Assembly (NCBI GenBank): GCA_964016885.1
Contig: OZ024743.1
Span: 82,150,001-82,214,000 of the forward strand
Source: Eledone cirrhosa
Taxonomy: Eukaryota
Length of the DNA stretch: 64,000 nt
Reading direction: 5' to 3'
The notes beneath the pieces were generated by a model. It was given only the letters and a program-made list of their open reading frames with translations. It was not told where the DNA came from and did not search any database. Below, piece by piece: positions 47,220 through 58,799 of the stretch. Numbering within the stretch: position 1 is the stretch's first letter; the number at the start of each line of letters is the position of its first letter. Position numbers and translations under genes: made by a program.

Positions 47220-50200
47220 CAGGTTAGGTTACTGGAGTTATAGTGTTGTAGTGGTCGTGGATCAGGTTGGGTTACTGGAGTTCTAGTGTTGTAGTGGTCC
47301 TGGGTCAGGTCGGCTTACTGGAGTTCTAGTGTTGTAGTGGTCCTGGGTCATGATGGGTTACTGGAGTTATAGTGCTGTAGTGGTCCTGGGTCAGGTTGGG
47401 TTACTGGAGTTCTACTGTTGTAGTGATCCTGGGTCAAGTTGGGTTACTGGAGTTATAGTGCTGTAGTGGTCCTGGGTCAGGTTGGATTACTGGAATTCTA
47501 GTGCTGTAGTGGTCCTGGGTCAGGTTAGGTTACTGGAGTTCTAGTGTTGTAGTGGTCCTGTGTCAGGTTAGGTTACTGGATTTATAGTGCTGTAGTGGTC
47601 CTGGGTCAGGTTAGGTTACTGGAGTTCTAGTGCTGTAGGGATCCTGGGTCAGGTTAGGTTACTGAAGTTATAGTGCTGTAGTGGTGCTGGGTCAGGTTAG
47701 GTTACTGGAGTTCTAGTGCTGTAGTGGCCCTGGGTCAGGTTGGGTTACTGGAGTTATAGTACTGTAGTGACTCAGGGTTAGGTTAGGTTTCTAGAGTTAT
47801 AGTGCTGTAGTGGTCCTGGGTCAGGTTAGGTTACTGGAGTTCTAGTGTGGTAGTGGTCCTGGGTCAGGTTAGGTTACTGGAGTTCTAGTGTTGTAGTTGT
47901 CCTGGGTCAGGTTAGGTTACTGGAGTTATAGTGTTGTAGTGGTCGTGGTTCAAGTTGGGTTACTGGAGTTCTAGTGTTGTAGTGGTCCTGGGTCAGGTTG
48001 GGTTACTGGAGTTCTAGTGTTGTAGTGGTCCTGGGTCAGGTTGGGTTACTGGAGTTATAGTGTTGTAGTGGGCCTGGGTCAGGTTGGTTTACTGGAGTTC
48101 TAGTGTTGTAGTAGTCCTGGGTCAGGTTAGGTTACTGGAGTTATAGTGTTGTAGTAGTCCTGGGTCAGGTTAGGTTACTGGAGTTATAGTGTTGTAGTGG
48201 CCCTGGGTCAGGTTGGATTACTGGAGTTCTAGTGCTGTAGTGGTCCTGGGTCAGGTTGGGTAACTGGAGTTATAGTGTTGTAGTGGTCCTGGGTCAGGTT
48301 AGGTTACTGGAGTTCTAGTGCTGTAGTGGTCCTGGGTCAGGTTAGGTTACTGGAGTTCTAGTGTTGTAGTGGTCCTGGGTCAGGTTAGGTTACTGGGGTT
48401 CTAGTGTTGTAGTGGTTCTGGGTCAGGTTGGAATACTGGAGTTCTAGTGTTGTAGTGGTCCTGGGTCAGTTTAGGTTACTGGAGTTCTAGTGTTGTAGTG
48501 GTCCTGGGTCAGGTTAGGTTACTGGAGTTCTAGTGCTGTAGTGGTCCTGGGTCAGGTTAGGTTACTGGAGTTCTAGTGCTGTAGTGGCCCTGGCTCAGGT
48601 TAGGTTACTGGAGTTCTAGTGTTGTAGTGGTCCTGGGTCAGGTTAGTTTACTGGAGTTCTAGTTTTGTAATGGTCCTGGGTCAGTTTAGGTTACTGGAGT
48701 TCTAATGTTGTAGTGGTCCTGGGTCAGGTTAGGTTAGTGGGGTTCTAGTGCCGTAGTGGTCCTGGGTCAGGTTATGTTACTGGAGTTATAGTGCTGTAGT
48801 GGTCCTGGGTCAGGTTGGGTTACTGGTGTTATAGTGCTGTAGTGGTCCTGGGTCAGGTTGGGTTACTGGAGTTATAGTGCTGTAGTGGTCCTGGGTCAGG
48901 TTGGGTTACTGGAGTTATAGTGCTGTAGTGGTCCTGGGTCAGGTTAGGTTACTGGAGTTATAGTGCTGTAGTGGTCCTGGTTCAGGTTGGGTTACTGGAG
49001 TTATAGTGCTGTAGTGGTACTGGGTCAGGTTAGATTACTGGCGTTATAGTGCTGTAGTGGCCCTGGGTCAGGTTAGGTTAGTGGGGTTCTAGTGCTGTAG
49101 TGGTCCTGCGTCAGGTTATGTTACTGGAGTTATAGTGTTGTAGTGGCCCTGGGTCAGGTTAGGTTACTGGAGTTCTGGTGCTGTAGTGGTCCTGGGTCAG
49201 GTTGGGTTACTGGAGTTCTAGTGCTGTAGTGGTCCTGGGTCAGGTTAAGTTACTGGAGTTATAGTGTTGTAGTGGTCCTGGGTCAGGTTAGGTTACTGGA
49301 GTTCTAATGTTGTAGTGGTCCAGGGTCAGGTTAGGTTAGTGGGGTTCTTGTGCTTTAGTGGTCCTGGGTCAGGTTATGTTACTGGAGTTATAGTGCTGTA
49401 GTTGTACTGGATCAGGTTGGGTTACTGGAGTTATACTGCTGTAGTGGTACTGGGTGATGTTAGGTTACTGGAGTTCTAGTGTTGTAGTGGTCCTGGGTCA
49501 CGTTAGGTTACTGGAGTTCTATAGTTGTAGTGGTCCTGGGTCAGGTTAGGTTACTGGAGTTATAGTGCTGTAGTGGTCCTGGTTCAGGTTAGTTTACTGG
49601 AGTTATAGTGCTGTAGTGGTCCTGGGTGAGGTTAGGTTACTGGAGTTATAGTGCTGTAGTGGTCCTGGGTCAGGTTAGGTTACTGGAGTTATAGTGCTGT
49701 AGTGGTCCTGGGTCAGGTTAGGTTACTGGAGCTATAGTGCTGTAGTGGTCCTGGGTGAGGTTAGGTTACTCGAGTTATAGTGTTGTAGTGGTCCTGGGTC
49801 AGGTTAGGTTACTGGAGTTATAGTGCTGTAGTGGACCTGGGTCAGGTTAGGTTACTAGAGTTATAGTGCTGTAGTGGTCCTGGGTCTGGTTGGGTTACTG
49901 GAGTTGTAGTGCTGTAGTGGTCCTGGGTCAGGTTATGTTACTGGAGTTATAGTGCTGTAGTGGTCCTGGGTCAGGTTAGGTTACTGAAGTTATAGTGCTA
50001 TAGTGGTGCTGGGTCAGGTTAGGTTACTGGAGTTATAGTGTTGTAGTGGTCGTGGATCAGGTTGGGTTACTGGAGTTCTAGTGTTGTAGTGGTCCTGGGT
50101 CAGGTTAGGTTACTGGTGTTCTAGAGCTATAGTGACCCTGGGTCAGGTTAGGTTACTGGAGTTCTAGTGCTGTATTGGTCCTTGGTCAGGTTAGGTTACT

Positions 50201-53200
50201 GGAGTTATAGTGTTGTAGTGGTCGTGGATCAGGTTGGGTTACTGGAGTTCTAGTGTTGTAGTGGTCCTGGGTCAGGTCGGGTTACTGGAGTTCTAGTGTT
50301 GTAGTGGTCCTGGGTCATGATGGGTTACTGGAGTTATAGTGTTGTAGTTGTCCTGGGTCAGGTTGGGTTACTGGAGTTCTACTGTTGTAGTGGTCCTTGG
50401 TCAAGTTGGGTTACTGGAGTTATAGTGCTGTAGTGGTCCTGGGTCAGGTTGGATTACTGGAATTCTAGTGCTGTAGTGGTCCTGGGTCAGGTTAGGTTAC
50501 TGGAGTTCTAGTGTTGTAGTGGTCCTGGGTCAGGTTAGGTTACTGGAGTTATAGTGCTGTAGGGGTCCTGGGTCAGGTTAGGTTACTGAAGTTATAGTGC
50601 TGTAGTGGCCCTGGGTCAGGTTGGGTTACTGGAGTTATAGTGCTGTAGTGACTCAGGGTCAGGTTAGGTTTCTAGACTTCTAGTGCTGTAGTGGTCCTGG
50701 GTCAGGTTAGGTTACTGGAGTTCTAGTGTTGTAGTGGTCCTGGGTCAGGTTAGGTTACTGGAGTTCTAGTGTTGTAGTGGGCCTGGGTCAGGTTAGGTTA
50801 CTGGAGTTATAGTGTTGTAGTGGTCGTGGTTCAAGTTGGGTTACTGGAGTTCTAGTGTTGTAGTGGTCCTGGGTCAGGTTGGGTTACTGGAGTTATAGTG
50901 TTGTAGTAGTCCTGGGTCAGGTTAGATTACTGGAGTTATAGTGTTGTAGTGGCCCTGGGTCAGGTTGGATTACTGGAGTTCTAGTGCTGTAGTGGTCCTG
51001 GGTAAGGTTGGGTAAATGGAGTTATAGTGTTGTAGTAGTCCTGGGTCAGGTTAGGTTACTGGAGTTCTAGTGCTGTAGTGGTCCTGGGTCAGGTTGGGTA
51101 ACTGGAGTTATAGTGTTGTAGTGGCCCTGGGTCAGGTTAGGTTACTGGAGTTCTAGTGTTGTAGTGGTCCTGGGTCAGGTTAGGTTACTGGAGTTCTAGT
51201 GCTGTAGTGGTCCTGGGTCAGGTTAGGTTACTGGAGTTCTAGTGTTGTAGTGGTCCTGGGTCAGGTTAGGTTACTGGGGTTCTAGTGTTGTAGTGGTTCT
51301 GGGTCAGGTTGGAATACTGGAGTTCTAGTGCTGTAGTGGTCCTGGGTCAGGTTGGGTTACTGGAGTTATAGTGCTGTAGTCGTCCTGGGTCAGGTTAGGT
51401 TACTGGAGTTCTAGTGTTGTAGTGGTCCTGGGTCAGGTTAGGTTACTGGGGTTCTAGTGTTGTAGTGGTTCTGGGTCAGGTTGGAATACTGGAGTTCTAG
51501 TGTTGTAATGGTCCTGGGTCAGTTTAGGTTACTGGAGTTCTAGTGTTGTAGTGGTCCTGGGTCAGGTTAGGTTACTGGAGTTCTAGTGCTGTAGTGGTCC
51601 TGGGTCAGGTTAGGTTACTGGAGTTCTAGTGCTGTAGTGGCCCTGGCTCAGGTTAGGTTACTGGAGTTCTAGTGTTGTAGTGGTCCTGGGTCAGGTTAGG
51701 TTACTGGAGTTCTAGTTTTGTAATGGTCCTGGGTCAGTTTAGGTTACTGGAGTTCTAATGTTGTAGTGGTCCTGGGTCAGGTTAGGTTAGTGGGGTTCTA
51801 GTGCTGTAGTGGTCCTGGGTCAGGTTATGTTACTGGAGTTATAGTGCTGTAGTGGTCCTGGGTCAGGTTGGGTTACTGGTGTTATAGTGCTGTAGTGGTC
51901 CTGGGTCAGGTTGGGTTACTGGAGTTATAGTGCTGTAGTGGTCCTGGGTCAGGTTGGGTTACTGGAGTTATAGTGCTGTAGTGGTCCTGGGTCAGGTTAG
52001 GTTACTGGAGTTATAGTGCTGTAGTGGTCCTGGTTCAGGTTGGGTTACTGGAGTTATAGTGCTGTAGTGGTCCTGGGTCAGGTTGGGTTACTGGAGTTAT
52101 AGTGCTGTAGTGGTACTGGGTCAGGTTAGATTACTGGAGTTATAGTGCTGTAGTGGCCGTGGGTCAGTTTGGGTTACTGGAGTTATAGTGTTGTAGTGGT
52201 CCTGGGTCAGGTTGGGTTACTGGAGTTATAGTGCTGTAGTGGTCCTGGGTCAGGTTAGGTTACTGGAGTTCTAGTGCTGTAGTGGTCCTGGGTCAGGTTG
52301 GGTTACTGGAGTTATAGTGCTGTAGTGATCCTGGATAAGGTTAGGTTACTGGAGTTCTAGTGCTGTAGTGGTCCTGGGTCAGGTTAGGTTACTGGAGTTC
52401 AAGTGCTCTAATGGTCCTGGGTCAGGTTAGGTTGCTGGAGTTCTAGTGCTGTAGTGGTCCTGGCTCAGGTTAGGTTACTGGAGTTCTAGTGTTGTAGTGG
52501 CCCTGGCTCAGGTTAGGTTACTGGAATTCTAGTGCTGTAGTGGTCCTGGGTCAAGTTAGGTTACTAGAGTTCTAGTGTTGTAGTGGCCCTGGGTCAGGTA
52601 GGATTACTGGAGTTCTAGTTCTGTAGTGGTCCTGGGTCAGGTTGGGTAACTGGAGTTATAGTGTTGTAGTGGTCCTGGGTCAGGTTAGGTTACTGGAGTT
52701 CTAGTGCTGTAGTGGTCCTGGGTCAGGTTAGGTTACTGGAGTTCTAGTGTTGTAGTGGTCCTGGGTCAGCTTAGGTTACTGGGATTCTAGTGTTGTAGTG
52801 GTCCTGGGTCAGGTTGGAATACTGGAGTTCTAGTGCTGTAGTGGTCCTGGGTCAGGTTGGAATACTGGAGTTCTAGTGCTGTAGTGGTCCTGGGTCAGGT
52901 TGGAATACTGGAGTTCTAGTGCTGTAGTGGTTCTGGGTCAGGTTGGAATACTGGAGTTCTAGTGCTGTAGTGGTCCTGGGTCAGGTTAGGTTACTGGAGT
53001 TCTAGTGTTGTAGTGGTCCTGGGTCAGGTTGGGTTACTGGAGATATAGTGCTGTAGTGGTCCTGGGTCAGGTTAGGTTACTGGAGTTCTAGTGTTGTAGT
53101 GGTCCTGGGTCAGGTTAGGTTACTGGGGTTCTAGTGTTGTAGTGGTTCTGGGTCAGGTTGGAATACTGGAGTTCTAGTGTTGTAATGGTCCTGGGTCAGT

Positions 53201-54300
53201 TTAGGTTACTGGAGTTCTAGTGTTGTAGTGGTCCTGGGTCAGGTTAGGTTACTGGAGTTCTAGTGCTGTAGTGGTCCTGGGTCAGGTTAGGTTACTGGAG
53301 TTCTAGTGCTGTAGTGGCCCTGGCTCAGGTTAGGTTACTGGAGTTCTAGTGTTGTAGTGGTCCTGGTTCAGGTTAGGTTACTGGAGTTCTAGTTTTGTAA
53401 TGGTCCTGGGTCAGTTTAGGTTACTGGAGTTCTAATGTTGTAGTGGTCCTGGGTCAGGTTAGGTTAGTGGTGTTCTAGTGCTGTAGTGGTCCTGGGTCAG
53501 GTTATGTTACTGGAGTTATAGTGCTGTAGTGGTCCTGGGTCAGGTTGGGTTACTGGTGTTATAGTGCTGTAGTGGTCCTGGGTCAGGTTGGGTTACTGGA
53601 GTTATAGTGCTGTAGTGATCCTGGGTCAGGTTGGGTTACTGGAGTTATAGTGCTGTAGTGGTCCTGGGTCAGGTTAGGTTACTGGAGTTATAGTGCTGTA
53701 GTGGTCCTGGTTCAGGTTGGGTTACTGGAGTTATAGTGCTGTAGTGGTCCTGGGTCAGGTTGGGTTACTGGAGTTATAGTGCTGTACTGGTACTGGGTCA
53801 GGTTAGATTACTGGAGTTATAGTGCTGTAGTGGTCCTGGGTCAGGTTAGGTTACTAGAGTTCTAGTGCTGTAGTGGCCCTGGGTCAGTTTGGGTTACTGG
53901 AGTTATAGTGTTGTTGTGGTCCTGGGTCAGGTTGGGTTACTGGAGTTATAGTGCCGTAGTGGTCCTGGGTCAGGTTAGGTTACTGGAGTTCTAGTGCTGT
54001 AGTGGTCCTGGGTCAGGTTGGGTTACTGGAGTTATAGTGCTGTAGTGATCCTGGATCAGGTTAGATTACTGGAGTTCTAGTGCTGTAGTGGTCCTGGGTC
54101 AGGTTAGGTTACTGGAGTTCTAGTGCTCTAGTGGTCCCGGGTCAGGTTAGGTTGCTGGTGTTCTAGTGCTGTAGTTGTCCTGGCTCAGGTTAGGTTCCTG
54201 GAGTTCTAGTGTTGTAGTGGCCCTGGCTCAGGTTAGGTTACTGGAATTCTAGTGCTGTAGTGGTCCTGGGTCAAGTTAGGTTACTAGAGTTCTAGTGTTG
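47220..54300 (+). repeat. Duplicated blocks at 69-71 and 39 monomer offsets
   Basis: GTCATGATGGG at 47351/50318 (2967 = 69 units). TTTTGTAATGG at 48663, 51716 (+71 units) and 53393 (+39 units). Confidence 0.8.
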
Positions 54301-57300
54301 TAGTGGTCCTGGGTGCGGTTAGGTTGCTGGAGTTATAGTGCTGTAGTGGTCCTGGGTCAGGTTAGGTTACTGGAGTTATAGTGCTGTAGTGGTCCTGTGT
54401 CAGGTTAGGTTAATGGAGTTCTAGTGCTGTAGTGGTCCTGGGTGAGGTTAGGTTGCTGGAGTTATAGTGCTGTAGTGGTCCTGGGTGAGGTTAGATTGCT
54501 GGAGTTATAGTGCTGTAGTGGTCCTAGGTCAGGTTAGGTTAGTGGGGTTCTAGTGTTGTAGTGGTCCTGGGTCAGGTTAGGTTACTGGAGTTATAGTGCT
54601 GTAGTGGTCCTGGGTCAGGTTATGTTACTGGAGTTCTAGTGTTGTTGTGGTCCTGGGTCAGGTTATGTTACTAGAGTTCTAGTGTTGTAGTGGTCCTGGG
54701 TCAGGTTATGTTACTGGAGTTCTAGTGTTGTTGTGGTCCTGGTTCAGATTAGGTTACTGGAGTTCTAGTGCTGTAGTGGTCCTGGGTCAGGTTGGGTTAC
54801 TGGAGTTATAGTGCTGTAGTGGTACTGGGTTAGGTTAGGTTACTGGAGTTATAGTGCTGTAGTGGCCCTGGGTCAGTTTGGGTTACTGGAGTTATAGTGT
54901 TGTAGTGGTCCTGGGTCAGGTTGGGTTACTGGAGTTATAGTGCTGTAGTGGTCCTAGGTAAGGTTGGGTAACTGGAGTTATAGTGTTGTAGTGGTCCTGG
55001 GTCAGGTTAGGTTACTGGAGTTCTAGTGCTGTAGTGTCCTGGGTCAGGTTGGGTAACTGGAGTTATAGTGTTGTAGTGGCCCTGGGTCAGGTTAGGTTAC
55101 TGGAGTTCTAGTGTTGTAGTGGTCCTGGGTCAGGTTAGGTTACTGGAGTTGTAGTGCTGTAGTGGTCCTGGGTGAGGTTAGGTTACTGGAGTTCTAGTGT
55201 TGTAGTGGTCCTGGGTCAGGTTAGGTTACTGGGGTTCTAGTGTTGTAGTGGTTCTGCGTCAGGTTGGAATACTGGAGTTCTAGTGCTGTAGTGGTCCTGG
55301 GTCAGGTTGGGTTACTGGAGTTATAGTGCTGTAGTGGTCCTGGGTCATGTTAGGTTACTGGAGTTATAGTGCTGTAGTGGTCCTGGGTCAGGTTAGGTTA
55401 CTGGAGTTCTAGTGCTGTAGTGGTCCTGGGTCAGGTTAGGTTACTGGAGTTATAGTGCTGTAGTGGTCCTGGGTCAGGTTGGGTTATTGGAGTTTTAGTG
55501 CTGTAGTGATCCTGGGTCAGGTTAGGTTACTGGAGTTATAGTGCTGTAGTGGTCCTGGGTCAGGTTAGGTTACTGGCGTTGTAGTGCTGTAGTGATCCTG
55601 GGTCAGGTTAGGTTACTGGAGTTATAGGGCTGTAGTGGTCCTGGGTCAGGTTAGGTTACTGGAGTTCTAGTGCTCTAGTGGTCCCGGGTCAGGTTAGGTT
55701 GCTGGTGTTCTAGTGCTGTAGTGGTCCTGGCTCAGGTTAGGTTCCTGGAGTTCTAGTGTTGTAGTGGCCCTGGCTCAGGTTAGGTTACTGGAATTCTAGT
55801 GCTGTAGTGGTCCTGCGTCAAGTTAGGTTACTAGAGTTCTAGTGTTGTAGTGGTCCTGGGTGAGGTTAGGTTGCTGGAGTTATAGTGCTGTAGTGGTCCT
55901 GGGTCAGGTTAGGTTACTGGAGTTATAGTGCTGTAGTGGTCCTGTGTCAGGTTAGGTTAATGGAGTTCTAGTGCTGTAGTGGTCCTGGGTGAGGTTAGGT
56001 TGCTGGAGTTATAGTGCTGTAGTGGTCCTGGGTGAGGTTAGATTGCTGGAGTTATAGTGCTGTAGTGGTCCTAGGTCAGGTTAGGTTAGTGGGGTTCTAG
56101 TGTTGTAGTGGTCCTGGGTCAGGTTAGGTTACTAGAGTTCTAGTGTTGTAGTGGTCCTGGGTCAGGTTATGTTACTGGAGTTCTAGTGTTGTCGTGGTCC
56201 TGGTTCAGATTAGGTTACTGGAGTTCTAGTGCTGTAGTGGTCCTGGGTCAGGTTGGGTTACTGGAGTTATAGTGCTGTAGTGGTACTGGGTTAGGTTAGG
56301 TTACTGGAGTTATAGTGCTGTAGTGGCCCTGGGTCAGTTTGGGTTACTGGAGTTATAGTGTTGTAGTGGTCCTGGATCAGGTTGGGTTACTGGAGTTATA
56401 GTGCTGTAGTGGTCCTAGGTAAGGTTGGGTAACTGGAGTTATAGTGTTGTAGTGGTCCTGGGTCAGGTTAGGTTACTGGAGTTCTAGTGCTGTAGTGGTC
56501 CTGGGTCAGGTTGGGTAACTGGAGTTATAGTGTTGTAGTGGCCCTGGGTCAGGTTAGGTTACTGGAGTTCTAGTGTTGTAGTGGTCCTGGGTCAGGTTAG
56601 GTTACTGGAGTTGTAGTGCTGTAGTGGTCCTCGGTGAGGTTAGGTTACTGGAGTTCTAGTGTTGTAGTGGTCCTGGGTCAGGTTAGGTTACTGGGGTTCT
56701 AGTGTTGTAGTGGTTCTGCGTCAGGTTGGAATACTGGAGTTCTAGTGCTGTAGTGGTCCTGGGTCAGGTTGGGTTACTGGAGTTATAGTGCTGTAGTGGT
56801 CCTGGGTCAGGTTAGGTTACTGGAGTTATAGTGCTGTAGTGGTCCTGGGTCAGGTTAGGTTACTGGAGTTCTAGTGCTGTAGTGGTCCTGGGTCAGGTTA
56901 GGTTACTGGAGTTATAGTGCTGTAGTGGTCCTGGGTCAGGTTGGGTTATTGGAGTTGTAGTGCTGTAGTGATCCTGGGTCAGGTTAGGTTACTGGAGTTA
57001 TAGGGCTGTAGTGGTCCTGGGTCAGGTCAGGTTACTGGAGTTCTAGTGCTGTAGTGGTCCTGGGTCAGGTTAGGTTACTGGAGTTATAGTGCTGTAGTGG
57101 TCCTGGGTCAGGTTGGGTTACTGGAGTTGTAGTGCTGTAGTGATCCTGGTTCAGGTTAGGTGACTGGAGTTATAATGCTGTAGTGGTCCTGGGTCAGGTT
57201 AGGTTACTGGAGTAGTAGTGCTGTAGTGATCCTGGGTCAGGTTAGGTTACTGGAGTTATAGTGCTGTAGTGGTCCAGGGTGAGGTTAGGTTACTGGAGTT

Positions 57301-58300
57301 ATAGTGCTGTAGTGGTCCTGGGTCAGGTTAGGTTCCTGGAGTTATATTGCTGTAGTGGTCCTTGGTGAGGTTAGGTTGCTGGATTTATAGTGCTGTAGTG
57401 GTCCTGGGTCAGGTTAGGTTACTGGAGTTATAGTGCTGTAGTGGTCCTGTGTCAGGTTAGGTTAATGGAGTTCTAGTGCTGTAGTGGTCCTGGGTGAGGT
57501 TAGGTTGCTGGAGTTATAGTGCTGTAGTGGTCCTGGGTGAGGTTAGATTGCTGGAGTTATAGTGCTGTAGTGGTCCTAGGTCAGGTTATGTTAGTGGGGT
57601 TCTAGTGTTGTAGTGGTCCTGGGTCAGGTTAGGTTACTAGAGTTCTAGTGTTGTAGTGGTCCTGGGTCAGGTTAGGTTACTGGAGTTATAGTGCTGTAGT
57701 GGTCCTGGGTCAGGTTGGGTTACTGGAGTTGTAGTGCTGTAGTGATCCTGGGTCAGGTTAGGTGACTGGAGTTATAATGCTGTAGTGGTCCTGGGTCAGG
57801 TTAGGTTACTGGAGTAGTAGTGCTGTAGTGATCCTGGGTCAGGTTAGGTTACTGGAGTTATAGTGCTGTAGTGGTCCAGGGTGAGGTTAGGTTACTGGAG
57901 TTATAGTGCTGTAGTGGTCCTGGGTCAGGTTAGGTTCCTGGAGTTATATTGCTGTAGTGGTCCTTGGTGAGGTTAGGTTGCTGGAGTTACAGTGCTGTAG
58001 TGGTCCTGGGTCAGGTTAGGTTACTGGAGTTATAGTGCTGTAGTGGTCCTGTGTCAGGTTAGGTTAATGGAGTTCTAGTGCTGTAGTGGTCCTGGGTGAG
58101 GTTAGGTTGCTGGAGTTATAGTGCTGTAGTGGTCCTGGGTGAGGTTAGATTGCTGGAGTTATAGTGCTGTAGTGGTCCTAGGTCAGGTTATGTTAGTGGG
58201 GTTCTAGTGTTGTAGTGGTCCTGGGTCAGGTTAGGTTACTAGAGTTCTAGTGTTGTAGTGGTCCTGGGGCTGGTTATGTTACTGGAGTTCTAGTGTTGTT
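54100..58300 (+). repeat. 36-monomer tandem duplication followed by a 14-monomer tandem duplication
   Basis: GTCCCGGG at 54136/55683 (1547 = 36 units - 1, deletion at ~55036). GGTGACTGGAGTTATAATG at 57161/57763 (602 = 14 units). Confidence 0.82.
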
Positions 58301-58799
58301 GTGGTCCTGGTTCAGATTAGGTTACTGGAGTTCTAGTGCTGTAGTGGTCCTGGGTCAGGTTGGTTTACTGGAGTTATAGTGCTGTAGTGGTACTGGGTTA
58401 GGTTAGGTTACTGGAGTTATAGTGCTGTAGTGGCCCTAGGTCAGTTTGGGTTACTGGAGTTATAGTGTTGTAGTGGTCCTGGGTCAGGTTGGGTTACTGG
58501 AGTTATAGTGCTGTAGTGGTCCTGGGTAAGGTTGGGTAACTGGAGTTATAGTGTTGTAGTGGTCCTGGGTCAGGTTAGGTTACTGGAGTTCTAGTGCTGT
58601 AGTGGTCCTGGGTCAGGTTGGGTAACTGGAGTTATAGTGTTGTAGTGGCCCTGGGTCAGGTTAGGTTACTGGAGTTCTAGTGTTGTAGTGGTCCTGGGTC
58701 AGGTTAGGTTACTGGAGTTGTAGTGCTGTAGTGGTTCTGCGTCGGGTTGGAATACTGGAGTTCTAGTGCTGTAGTGCTCCTGTGTCAGGTTGGGTTACT

